A DNA stretch of 64,000 nucleotides from Thermodesulfobacteriota bacterium (GTDB lineage: Bacteria > Desulfobacterota_D > UBA1144 > Nemesobacterales > UBA2774): the NCBI GenBank assembly GCA_965223335.1, contig OZ244991.1:2080001-2144000 (forward strand), read 5' to 3'. Position numbers and translations under genes: made by a program. Numbering within the stretch: position 1 is the first letter of the stretch; each line of letters opens with the position of its first letter. Of this stretch, positions 51,297 through 60,569 are shown piece after piece. The notes below the pieces were generated by a model. That model made no database searches. It saw only the letters and a program-made list of their open reading frames with translations, and had not been told where the DNA came from.

Positions 51297-53720
51297 TCAG
51301 CGCTCTATTGCGGGCAGTTCTATGTAGAACGAGGTGCCCTCGCCCACTTGGGACTCTGCCCATATGTGGCCTTGGTGCTGCTCGATGATGTTCTGGCAGT
51401 TTGCGAGCCCAAGCCCAGTGCCACGCTGCTTGGTGGTGAAGTAGGGGTCAAAGATTTTTTCCAGGTTCTCATTGGGGATGCCTACCCCCTGGTCGTGGAC
51501 GTTGAGAAGTACATAGGTGCCCGGGTCAAGGCCGTGTGTGTTCTCGGGTTCGAGCTCCCTGTTTTCTGCGTTTATTTGGATGGTGCCGCCCTGGGGCATG
51601 GACTGCTGTGCGTTGGTAAGCAGGTTGCTTATCACGCGTGTGAGCTGTGCCTCATCGCCCTTAACCAAATGAATATCGTTGTTAATATTGCTTTCAATGT
51701 TAAACATGGGGTCTGCCCCGCTAATCTTGGCGGCTTCTTCTAGTATGTCTGGAAGGTAGACGGGTTTTTTATCCATGCTCTTTGTGTTTTTGACGATACT
51801 TGTAAGGTTGCGGCTTAGTTCAAACGCCCTGTCGGACGCGCGCTGGGCGTTCTCTAGATAGGTAGAGAGCTTGTTGGTAACTGAACCCAATTTGGTTTTT
51901 GCTTTAACCTCAAGCTCGGCAAGGTCTATATTGGCCTTTATTATTGTGACGTAGTTCCCAAAGTCGTGTGTAACACCGGCCACCAGCTTACTTATGTCTT
52001 TGTATTTTTTAATAAGTTCTTTTTGCTTATCGAACATCTTTGTATAAGAGCGGTCTTTTATGGAGATCACGTAGCGCAGCTCACCGCCGGGAGTGACGTG
52101 GGAGCGGGCCTCAGCAATGATTTTTATGTTTTTCTGCTCCTTGTTGAGCATGTTGCATTTTATAGTGGATTTTAGATTTGACTCGTCGATGGTGTTTAAT
52201 TTTTCGATAAACGATTCTTTGTCTTTTTCGTCGATGATATCGTAAATGTTTAAAGACACAAACTCGTCCGGCTCGAATCCGGTAAATGATTTCACATGTT
52301 TATTGGCGTAGAGGATTTCACCCGATTCCCTTATCTCGACTATGAAGTCGGGGATGTTGTCGAGCACAGAGCGCATGATTTGCTCGCTCTCAACTATCTT
52401 TTCCTCGGCTTTTTTGCCCACTGTCCTGTCCATAAATACTATAAGCGCACCGATCACAGTGCTGTTAAAGTCGTAGAGGGGCTCGACATTGACAGAGAGA
52501 AACGGAGCGTCGTCGAGACTGGTGAACTCGAAATAGGACTCGTCGGCTACTGTATGACCATCTATGGCCTGCTCAACCAGGTCGATGAGGGGGCCGTTGT
52601 TGAGATACCTCAGGTTCATGCCCTTTAGCTGCCTGGGGGCAATGTCGAGTAGTTCGGACAGGCGTTTGTTGGTGTTGGTGATGTCGAAATCCCTGTCCAC
52701 TGTGCATACGGGCACAGGGGATTTCTCGAAAAGCATCCGAAACTTTTCGGTCGAGCGCGAGATGATCTCGTCGTGGTTTATGATGTCTATAGAGAACTGG
52801 ATGATCCATGCCGTGAGGTCGATCAAGTTTAGGTCCTCTTCTGTGAACGTGGCTTCGGTGTCGGACATTATCTCGATTTTGCCAATAAGCTCGCCGTCAA
52901 AGTGAATGGGCGCTTGGAGGTAGTCGGCGTAGGCGTGCTCAGGGTCTACGGGCGCAGTTTCAAGGCTCTGGCCATTAATGCTTTTGGTTGTGCGGCTTGG
53001 GCCTGTGTTTAGTGCAGTGACGTTGCTGTGTTTAGAGAAACGGTCCTCTGAGTAGATCACCTTTACAAAATTGTTGGGCAGGATTTCCCTGGTCTTGTCT
53101 ATATCAAACCTGATGGCCACAGTGTCTGCATTTGTAATGCTCTGGTTTAGCTCGCCTGCAATGGTGGTTAGCAGGTCGTCCAGATTGTTATAGGACGTGG
53201 CCGAGGCATAGATTTTTTTAACAGTGGTTTGATAGAAATTGCTTTCGGAGTCTTCGGGTTTGTGCTGTGAAGCTTTCTTTAAATTGTTTACATATAGAAT
53301 GCCCATCTCGGCAGAGAGCGGCACAAGGCGGGCGGAATAGAGATGGAAACGGCCGTCGATATCGGTCCTAAACTCGAACGATACCTCGCTGTGCTCGGGG
53401 TCTTTTTTGCCAAGTGCGGTTTTGAAATTGGCCGGGTCGGTAATAAACGGGTAGTCGTAGATCGATTGAGCCGTGTCGTAGTCGAAGTCCTTTAACAGCT
53501 CGTCTTGGGGATTGGTGCTGATGACCTTGTGTACCGTGCCGTCATTATCAATGAGCACAATAAGCTCGTTTATGTTCTCGAATATTATGCGGTACTCGGA
53601 GTTGTCCTCTGGGCTTTGGGTGGATCCTGATTGACGGGTTGCGACAAGTCCCTTAATATCCTTGAACACATCCGAAGTAAGCTGTTTTAGCTTGGATTCA
53701 GGTCTAGTATCCTTAGCCAT
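51297..53720 (-). CDS. Cytoplasmic multi-PAS/GAF histidine kinase
   Basis: Several PAS-like repeats, GAF-like segment, VAGVTHDFGN, FDPYFTTK, GTGLGL. Confidence 0.9.
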   Translation of the reverse strand: MAKDTRPESKLKQLTSDVFKDIKGLVATRQSGSTQSPEDNSEYRIIFENINELIVLIDNDGTVHKVISTNPQDELLKDFDYDTAQSIYDYPFITDPANFKTALGKKDPEHSEVSFEFRTDIDGRFHLYSARLVPLSAEMGILYVNNLKKASQHKPEDSESNFYQTTVKKIYASATSYNNLDDLLTTIAGELNQSITNADTVAIRFDIDKTREILPNNFVKVIYSEDRFSKHSNVTALNTGPSRTTKSINGQSLETAPVDPEHAYADYLQAPIHFDGELIGKIEIMSDTEATFTEEDLNLIDLTAWIIQFSIDIINHDEIISRSTEKFRMLFEKSPVPVCTVDRDFDITNTNKRLSELLDIAPRQLKGMNLRYLNNGPLIDLVEQAIDGHTVADESYFEFTSLDDAPFLSVNVEPLYDFNSTVIGALIVFMDRTVGKKAEEKIVESEQIMRSVLDNIPDFIVEIRESGEILYANKHVKSFTGFEPDEFVSLNIYDIIDEKDKESFIEKLNTIDESNLKSTIKCNMLNKEQKNIKIIAEARSHVTPGGELRYVISIKDRSYTKMFDKQKELIKKYKDISKLVAGVTHDFGNYVTIIKANIDLAELEVKAKTKLGSVTNKLSTYLENAQRASDRAFELSRNLTSIVKNTKSMDKKPVYLPDILEEAAKISGADPMFNIESNINNDIHLVKGDEAQLTRVISNLLTNAQQSMPQGGTIQINAENRELEPENTHGLDPGTYVLLNVHDQGVGIPNENLEKIFDPYFTTKQRGTGLGLANCQNIIEQHQGHIWAESQVGEGTSFYIELPAIER

Positions 53721-54043
53721 AAATATTTATTGAATATGCTCGCTAGTTTCATAAACGAGCATATTATGCATCCCCTAGTGCATTAAGACTGAGTGATATC
53801 GGTAATACTTAACCCAAGACCAATGTTTCTATGTATCTCTCGGCACCACAAATGTGCAATTATCCCCATTGTAGTGTTATTGAAATTTTACTCCTGATAT
53901 GTAAGTAATTCAACAGATTTTTAGATAGCAAGCATAAATTAATTGTATATTCTTAGCTCGGTTTTGAGTCTGTGGTCATTGTGCAGAGGGCTCGATATGA
54001 TAATATATGTGTTTTGTTTTAGCGTTGTTTCCAACCGTTACAT

Positions 54044-54118
54044 GCCGACGTAGCTCAGCGGTAGAGCAGCTCACTCGTAATGAGCAGGTCAGGAGTTCAA
54101 ATCTCCTCGTCGGCTCCA
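54044..54118 (+). tRNA. tRNA-Thr(CGT)
   Basis: GCCGACGTAGCTCAGCGGTAGAGCAGCTCACTCGTAATGAGCAGGTCAGGAGTTCAAATCTCCTCGTCGGCTCCA; anticodon CGT. Confidence 0.97.
54072..54118 (+). repeat. attL core (3' 47 bp of tRNA-Thr)
   Basis: CACTCGTAATGAGCAGGTCAGGAGTTCAAATCTCCTCGTCGGCTCCA, identical to 60686-60732. Confidence 0.95.
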
Positions 54119-54165
54119 ATAATCCCAGGGAGTTAGGACACCTAAGGAATAAGACATCCTAGAGG

Positions 54166-54184
54166 TGTCTACCCATTGTCTAAC
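54166..54184 (+). repeat. Putative integrase arm-type site (left)
   Basis: TGTCTACCCATTGTCTAAC, identical to 60574-60592. Confidence 0.7.
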
Positions 54185-54235
54185 CATAGAAACCCTATTT
54201 TGCTTCCTGTAAATCCTAAGTAGGAGGCGAGGTTC

Positions 54236-55285
54236 ATGGCATCCCTAATATATAAACACAATAGTTACTATGCAGTCTTTAGTATTAAGAGGAAAAAGAA
54301 GTGGATACGCATAGGCTCTATAGACAGGAAAGAGGCTAAGAAGATTCTAAGGAGGCTTGAGGTAGAACACATAAAGGGCAACCTGGGTATCAAGGATAAT
54401 AAACCTATATTGCTCTATGATTTCCTTGATCAGTACATGGTGTTTTGCAAGACTAACAAGGCTTGGAACACTCACCGGATAGAGCAAGGAATCTCCCGTG
54501 ACTTAAGGGCATTCTATGGAAATGTGATGCTCAATTCTTTAGACAGTACAGACATAGAGAGCTATAAGCATAACGAGGTCTGTAGGGGCTTAGCTCCCTC
54601 TGGGATTAACAGGAAACTCGCTGCAATAAAGTTTATGTTTAGGAAAGCCAAGGAATGGGGCTACATAGAGAAAGTTCCCTATATTCCCCTTCTAAAGCTC
54701 CCCAGGAGGCCTGTACGATACTTATCTATAGACGAGATGGAACGCCTCTTAGAGTGCTCTAGTGAGTGGCTCAGGCCTATATTATTGGTGCTCAGGAACA
54801 CTGGTATGCGAATGGGTGAAGTACTAGATTTGCAATTTAGTAACATAGACCTGGAGAGAAGTTCTTTGGTTGTGTACAGCCCCAAAACAAGAAACCATAG
54901 AGTGATCCCAATTAATCTGGAATTAAAAAATACTCTAGAATGGTTAGCTAAGTATTATGTGAATCCAAGCAACTTAATGGTATCACAGAGAGAGTCACAC
55001 CAGAGAGAGTATGTGTTTTGCCATAAGGATGGTTCTAGGATTAGCAGCTTTAGAACAAGCTTTAGAACTGCTTGTCGTAAAGCTGGTGTAAGGGCTACTG
55101 TACACACTATTAGACATACCTTTGCATCACACCTTGTAATGAATGGGGTTGACCTGGTATCTATCAAGGAGCTTTTAGGTCATAGTACTATTTCCACTAC
55201 TATGATTTACTCTCATGTGTCTAGTGAATACAAGAGCCAGACTGTGACTAGGTTGCCATGGATCTATTCAAGTATTAATCATTGA
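54236..55285 (+). CDS. Tyrosine recombinase / phage-type integrase
   Basis: TGMRMGE (R), PKT (K), HTIRH, LGH, IYSH (Y) all intact; AGGAGG RBS. Confidence 0.95.
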   Translation: MASLIYKHNSYYAVFSIKRKKKWIRIGSIDRKEAKKILRRLEVEHIKGNLGIKDNKPILLYDFLDQYMVFCKTNKAWNTHRIEQGISRDLRAFYGNVMLNSLDSTDIESYKHNEVCRGLAPSGINRKLAAIKFMFRKAKEWGYIEKVPYIPLLKLPRRPVRYLSIDEMERLLECSSEWLRPILLVLRNTGMRMGEVLDLQFSNIDLERSSLVVYSPKTRNHRVIPINLELKNTLEWLAKYYVNPSNLMVSQRESHQREYVFCHKDGSRISSFRTSFRTACRKAGVRATVHTIRHTFASHLVMNGVDLVSIKELLGHSTISTTMIYSHVSSEYKSQTVTRLPWIYSSINH

Positions 55286-55309
55286 ACCACTATAGTATAA
55301 TAGATATAA

Positions 55310-56128
55310 ATGATAGACTCTGGATATATCTTAAACATTAAAAGATCTACATGTGCAATTATATATACTTCTCATAACTTGCCAACATTACCAAAGGATC
55401 TAAGTCATGAAGATGTGATGGGTTATGTTGATAAGGTAATAGCTACTGGTTTTTTTATAAGTGGTAATGTGATATTAACAAACAGACATGTAATCACTGA
55501 AATTGAGAAAATGAGAAGTCTTTATAACCTTAGCTATAGTGACTTTTATTTATGGTTTGTAATTCCTGGTGACAAAAATAGTATGGTGCAAAAGTTTACA
55601 CAGGTAGAGGGTGTATCTAAAATCTATGATGCATCAAATTCTGGAAAGCTAGATATAGGATTCATATTTATGCAACATACAGCTTCCCAAGATTTGGGTA
55701 TAGATCCGGTACCTTTTGGTGACTTAGCTAACATAATTGTTGGGAAGGATATAGCATTATGTGGATTTCCTCATGGTGATCATTTGTTATCAAACGATCT
55801 AGGAATACTCAGATATGGGCCTATTACATTTTCTGGTATCATATCAGCTGTTTCACCTGTGGATTCTATTGAACCTAGAAAAATAACTACCTTTCTTTAT
55901 GATGCGAATACTGCAGGAGGATTGAGCGGATCACCAGTTTTCAACACTGAAAATGGTAAAGTCATAGGAATAAACTATGCGGGTGCTCCAGGCGTAATTG
56001 GTATGGGTATACCCTTAGATCAACAAAGAGTTGATTCTTGGTTAGATTTACTTAATAAAGCATCCAAAGATGATAGTGTATGGAGTAGAGTTAAATTCGT
56101 GGATGGTGGAGATGCAATAATTAACTAA
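55310..56128 (+). CDS. Trypsin-like (S1) serine protease without signal peptide
   Basis: LTNRHV (His), LDIG (Asp), GGLSGSPVF (Ser), GKVIGI. Confidence 0.85.
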   Translation: MIDSGYILNIKRSTCAIIYTSHNLPTLPKDLSHEDVMGYVDKVIATGFFISGNVILTNRHVITEIEKMRSLYNLSYSDFYLWFVIPGDKNSMVQKFTQVEGVSKIYDASNSGKLDIGFIFMQHTASQDLGIDPVPFGDLANIIVGKDIALCGFPHGDHLLSNDLGILRYGPITFSGIISAVSPVDSIEPRKITTFLYDANTAGGLSGSPVFNTENGKVIGINYAGAPGVIGMGIPLDQQRVDSWLDLLNKASKDDSVWSRVKFVDGGDAIIN

Positions 56129-56168
56129 TATCATTCTTTTGGTTTACTATTGCTTTGAGATATTCTGA

Positions 56169-57086
56169 TCAATTACAATATTCCTTAATTACATCATATA
56201 CCTCATGATATCCCAGCTCCCCAGCCTTAGATAAATCAAGACATCCTTCATTTTTATGACCAAGGTCGATATTTGCTAAACCCCTATTATTGTAAGCATC
56301 TCCATACTTAGGATTAAGTTCTATGGCTTTGTTGTAGTCTTGGATAGCCCCCCTATAATCTTTGAGACTTTGTTTAGCTAACCCTCTATTATAGTAAGCC
56401 TCTGCGAACTTGGGATAAGTTTCAATTGTTTTATTGAAATCTTGTATAGCATCTCTGTAATTACTGAGTTTGTTCTTAGCAATCCCTCTCATGTAGTAGG
56501 TAGTTGCTTTTGTGAATTCTGGCACATCTTCAGTGTAAAGACTACAGAGAGCTTTGGTATGCCTTCTAAGGTAGAAAGCCAGTGCATCCTTAGGATTGGT
56601 CTCTATGGCTTTGTTATAGTCTTGTATAGCTCCTTTGTAATCATTTAGAAGATACTTAGCTATCCCTCTCGATTTGTAAGTCTCAGAGTCATATGGATTG
56701 ATTTTCAGAGCTTCATTAAGATCTTGAATAGCTGATTTGTAATCTTTAAGATGCACTTTAGGTTTTGCTCTAAAAGAGTAAGCAAGCGCACACTCAGGAT
56801 TAATCTCTATAGCTTTATTGTAGTCTTGTATAGCTCCTTTGTAATCTTCAAGTATTATCTTAGTTATTCCTCTCAGAAGATAAACATCAACATATGTGGG
56901 ATATTGTTCTATAGCAGTATTGGTAAACTCCAGTGCCTTTTGATAATCCTCTAATTCAATGGACTCAAGAGCCTTCTCTAAATAATCCTCAGCTGTCTGA
57001 GCCTGTGTTGCTAGGGGCATGCTAAGTACTATGAAGATTGAATATAGGTATATTCTTAATTTCATAACTATTAGTGACCCTAACAC
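56169..57086 (-). CDS. Exported tetratricopeptide repeat protein
   Basis: Signal peptide ending AQA, repeated DYKGAIQDYNKAIE.NP units; 26-bp DNA repeat at 56617-56642 / 56821-56846. Confidence 0.9.
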   Translation of the reverse strand: MLGSLIVMKLRIYLYSIFIVLSMPLATQAQTAEDYLEKALESIELEDYQKALEFTNTAIEQYPTYVDVYLLRGITKIILEDYKGAIQDYNKAIEINPECALAYSFRAKPKVHLKDYKSAIQDLNEALKINPYDSETYKSRGIAKYLLNDYKGAIQDYNKAIETNPKDALAFYLRRHTKALCSLYTEDVPEFTKATTYYMRGIAKNKLSNYRDAIQDFNKTIETYPKFAEAYYNRGLAKQSLKDYRGAIQDYNKAIELNPKYGDAYNNRGLANIDLGHKNEGCLDLSKAGELGYHEVYDVIKEYCN

Positions 57087-57157
57087 ATGCTCTGGTGATT
57101 CACAAGATGCAAATTAGCAGTCATGGTTCATACGAGTTCTCTGACTATGCTGATGGG

Positions 57158-59356
57158 TCACGCATGAATCTCACCCTCCTTATCTCTCATTAGTTTGTTT
57201 ACAACCTTGCTCACATATCCTGGAGACACATTTAGTTCATTAGCAATCTCACACTGTTTAAGCCCCTCTCCATATAACTTGGATATGCCTGTTTTCTTTT
57301 CTGTATCCAATGGTTTACCCTTCTTTCTTCCAACCTTGGATGTATTTGGATTTCTTATCTTATTGTTTCTAGTCATGTTCTCATCAAGAGGCATACTCCA
57401 GCTGGAATCTATGAATGGGTTGTCTACTTCCTGCACGAGTTTCCTTTTGCCATCCCAGTCTATATTAATGGAGGATACCAAGGTTTTTTTTGAGTTTAAA
57501 TCTTTACCAGTTTTCAAGGACTCCTTGTATTTTACTAGTCTCTCATTTCTTGTAGTTAGGTCTGGGATTTGACCTGTGTTGAAGCCTTCCCTTATTTTCT
57601 CAAGGAACTCCTCTTCACTACAGCCACCAATCCTGGCAGTGTGTTTCTCTTTCCTATTAGTGCTCATGGGATTCAGGACATACCCTCTTTCTCTTAGGAT
57701 AACACCATGATCCACTTCCAATTCTAATCTCAGGTCACTTCCAATACTTCGGAGTTCATCTAGGCTCTTACATCTAATATCAACATCCCTAGGCAGTACT
57801 ACAGAGTCTGTTGACACATGATATGCTCCTTTTGCAACGAACTCAGATATAATTGCTCTGCCCTTCCCTAATATTAGTGCTGCCCATTCCGGATACCAGA
57901 GCTCTCCGACCTCGCTAGGTGACTTAGCACCTTCATATTTCTGAGCAAATTTTCCAACCAGAGAATTCATAAGGACTTTGCAGATGCTATAATCAAGGCT
58001 TCCCTTTTCATGCTGATGTTTATGATCCAGCATGACTTTCATACAGTCTCTTAGGGGATGTTCATTCTCTTTTCTCTTGGGATAGAATCCATATCCTTTA
58101 ATAATCTTAAAGTCTGTTAAGCCTAGCTTTACTGCTAGCCTAAGCTCACTCAATGTACAGTGTGATACTCCATCCTTTGGAAAGTAAAAAATTTTCTCCC
58201 TAGCACCAGGAACGGGTAGATTCGGATAGACAGCATCGTCAGGAAACCTAAATTGTACCTCTGCAAACCCCTCAGCCTTAGATAAGAATTTCTCATGGTT
58301 GCGCTTGGAATACTTTACCCATCTAGTTGTACTAGTAGGTAATGGCTGTAGGATTGCAGACGATGGATATAAGGAATCTACATCATAGTATGCTAAGTTT
58401 TGCCCCTTGAACGATCCTCTGTAAAAAGCCTCCATTCTGCCCCCATGATAAGCAAGCATAGATAAGTTTCTGACATTGAGATCACCATCAAATATTTCTT
58501 TTTTCTCAAGAATGTCATAGTATTTGACTTCACCATCAGATAGGGTTTTGCTCTGCTTTCTGGAGATTTCAATTGTTTTGGTTGGTGCACATGGAGTACT
58601 AAGATAATCCCTGCGAAAGAGATAGCTAGATAACCTGGGCAGAGTATTGAAATGTAGTAAGTCAACCCTGTACGTTACTAAGAAGTAATCCCTAAGCTTA
58701 GTATAAGCTTTATATGCTATCTCAGCATCCCTACATGCATACTCCATAAATATATCAGGATACTCCTTTAACAGGATATCCATGTTCTCTTTCCAGTGTG
58801 TCTCACTCTGCCCACCTAATTCATTTAGAGTCAATTTAGGAAAATCATGATAGGCACCTATCTCTCCAAGGCTAGTCTTTAAAAGGATATTTAGATCAAT
58901 GATTTTGATCTTATGCTCACTTCCATCTATTGGGTTCTCTAGAGTGCCTTCTACGATTAACCCCTTATTTATTTGTTTCAGAGTAAGAGTCTTAGGGATT
59001 TCAAAGTTGCCCATCTCGGCATACACATAGTGGGCTACAAGGTATATGGTGCCATTAGGTTCAATGCCTAGACCATGTAAAAACTCAAATAGAGTCTTCT
59101 CCAGGCTTGATATACTCGCCAAAGATGGCTCTCTGTTGTTTGTTTTACCAATCAGATCAGCCCCATAATACACCCTTGAGCCATCACCATGGGCATACTG
59201 GATTGATATTAGGCACTGTGTTTCATCCTTATAGGTAAATTCTGTATCAAATCCTAAGATCAATGGATTATCCAATACAGGTTTCTCCCTCTTTACCCTG
59301 GATAACACATGGCTATACTTAGAATCACTAATTTTTTGGATTTCTTTGTAGTTCAT
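57158..59356 (-). CDS. Family B DNA polymerase, primer-independent (piPolB)-like, with C-terminal HTH
   Basis: ExoI GFDTE, ExoII AHY..AE, ExoIII YACRDA, YHGGRME, PolA YDVDSLYP, PolB K..MNSLVGKFAQ, PolC VSTDS, RERG, DWDGKR; C-terminal GLKQCEIANELNVSPGYVSKVV. Start probably 59356 (GGAG RBS); ORF extends to 59380. Confidence 0.88.
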   Translation of the reverse strand: MNYKEIQKISDSKYSHVLSRVKREKPVLDNPLILGFDTEFTYKDETQCLISIQYAHGDGSRVYYGADLIGKTNNREPSLASISSLEKTLFEFLHGLGIEPNGTIYLVAHYVYAEMGNFEIPKTLTLKQINKGLIVEGTLENPIDGSEHKIKIIDLNILLKTSLGEIGAYHDFPKLTLNELGGQSETHWKENMDILLKEYPDIFMEYACRDAEIAYKAYTKLRDYFLVTYRVDLLHFNTLPRLSSYLFRRDYLSTPCAPTKTIEISRKQSKTLSDGEVKYYDILEKKEIFDGDLNVRNLSMLAYHGGRMEAFYRGSFKGQNLAYYDVDSLYPSSAILQPLPTSTTRWVKYSKRNHEKFLSKAEGFAEVQFRFPDDAVYPNLPVPGAREKIFYFPKDGVSHCTLSELRLAVKLGLTDFKIIKGYGFYPKRKENEHPLRDCMKVMLDHKHQHEKGSLDYSICKVLMNSLVGKFAQKYEGAKSPSEVGELWYPEWAALILGKGRAIISEFVAKGAYHVSTDSVVLPRDVDIRCKSLDELRSIGSDLRLELEVDHGVILRERGYVLNPMSTNRKEKHTARIGGCSEEEFLEKIREGFNTGQIPDLTTRNERLVKYKESLKTGKDLNSKKTLVSSINIDWDGKRKLVQEVDNPFIDSSWSMPLDENMTRNNKIRNPNTSKVGRKKGKPLDTEKKTGISKLYGEGLKQCEIANELNVSPGYVSKVVNKLMRDKEGEIHA

Positions 59357-60006
59357 ATCAAGCTCCAAACAGCCGTACACACTGTAGATTTATCCATACA
59401 GGATAGGTGTACTTAAGTTTGTTTGACTTGATTAACTAGGTAGAGGGGTAACCAAAAAGAAAAACTAGGGATTGTTATACCTGAAGATTCATAAAATGTC
59501 AAGTATTTACTTAGGAGTCACGTGTAACCAACTGCTATTACAGGATATATATGTGGTTCCATAGATGGTTCTGGCATTCCAGGCAAGGGTGGATCACTAA
59601 ATAATGCTCTGGGATTGGCACCTGCACTGCTTTGTGGATAATTCTGGATATGTCTAAGTAACTTTCTTATATATCATACTCCCCTGTGGGACATACCAGG
59701 GGGTACTATGTGACAGGGGTATTTGTATGTAAAATTAGGATAAGCTCAGGGTTGAACTAAGCACAAGAAGCTATGCAAGATATAAGTGGCAGTACCAGCC
59801 CCTGAGTCCATTGACAGCGTAGAGTGGCTATCTCCTAGATTATATAGGGGGGGGTGATCAGGCACCCCTACCCCCTGAAAAAACATATATATTCCTAGTC
59901 ACCAAATAGTACTTCAAAACCCTCCTGAGAGAGCCATATAAGCCCCCTAAGAAGCCTATCTACATCTTCTTTGGAGAGCCTAAGGTGTATTCTTGATTGC
60001 TACTAT

Positions 60007-60042
60007 TGACACACACACCTCTCTGGGGGGAGGTGTGTGTCA
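60007..60042. repeat. Strong hairpin in the element's non-coding tract
   Basis: ACACACACCTC (60011-60021) pairs with GAGGTGTGTGT (60030-60040), extendable to TGAC/GTCA with a 2-nt bulge. Confidence 0.7.
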
Positions 60043-60263
60043 GAGTAATCCCAGGAAAGCTAGGGTATCACCATGGATCGGGTAAAGCTCTGGTAATGGA
60101 AAGCCTATAGAAGGGGACATCACCCTACCGACTTTCCCCTCCCTATTCTCTTACCTCCTAATATAGGAGAAGATTAAAGGAAACTTTGGGGGGGGGGTGC
60201 TTCTTTGTGTTTTTTTTTGTTATATGCTAATGTGAGCGTATCCCCCAGGGAAGGAGGTGGTCT

Positions 60264-60494
60264 ATGGTAAAGTATGCACTAAGTATAATAGTGGTGTGCA
60301 TTCTAGGGTTGGGAATCTATTTATATCTGGCTAAGCCCTGTCTCGCAGGGATTTGTATTGGTAAGTGTATTAATAGTAGTGTCTGTGGAACTGGTTGTTT
60401 CTGTGGTAAAGAGTTCCCCAAGCCTATGGGTAAATGTTATAGTGCAGATAGGGTAGATGAATTGCTTGGGAAAGGGTATGAAATATTACCTTAG
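60264..60494 (+). CDS. Small exported Cys-rich (knottin-like) peptide
   Basis: Strong AAGGAGGTGG RBS, hydrophobic N-terminus, C-x3-C-x5-C-x3-C-x-C-x10-C. Confidence 0.7.
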   Translation: MVKYALSIIVVCILGLGIYLYLAKPCLAGICIGKCINSSVCGTGCFCGKEFPKPMGKCYSADRVDELLGKGYEILP

Positions 60495-60531
60495 AGGGGA
60501 TGAAATCAAATCTTTGTTAGGCATTATTTTA

Positions 60532-60540
60532 TGTTATAAT
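60532..60540 (+). promoter_or_regulatory. Extended -10 promoter facing attR
   Basis: TGTTATAAT matches TGnTATAAT. Confidence 0.45.
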
Positions 60541-60569
60541 GGATAGTTATACAGGAGGCGAGGTTTTTT

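Noticed and set aside
57145..57180. Strong RBS and ATG overlapping the polymerase stop codon
   Set aside because: Encodes only 6 aa (MRDPSA); possibly a vestige of a lost coupled gene, but not supportable
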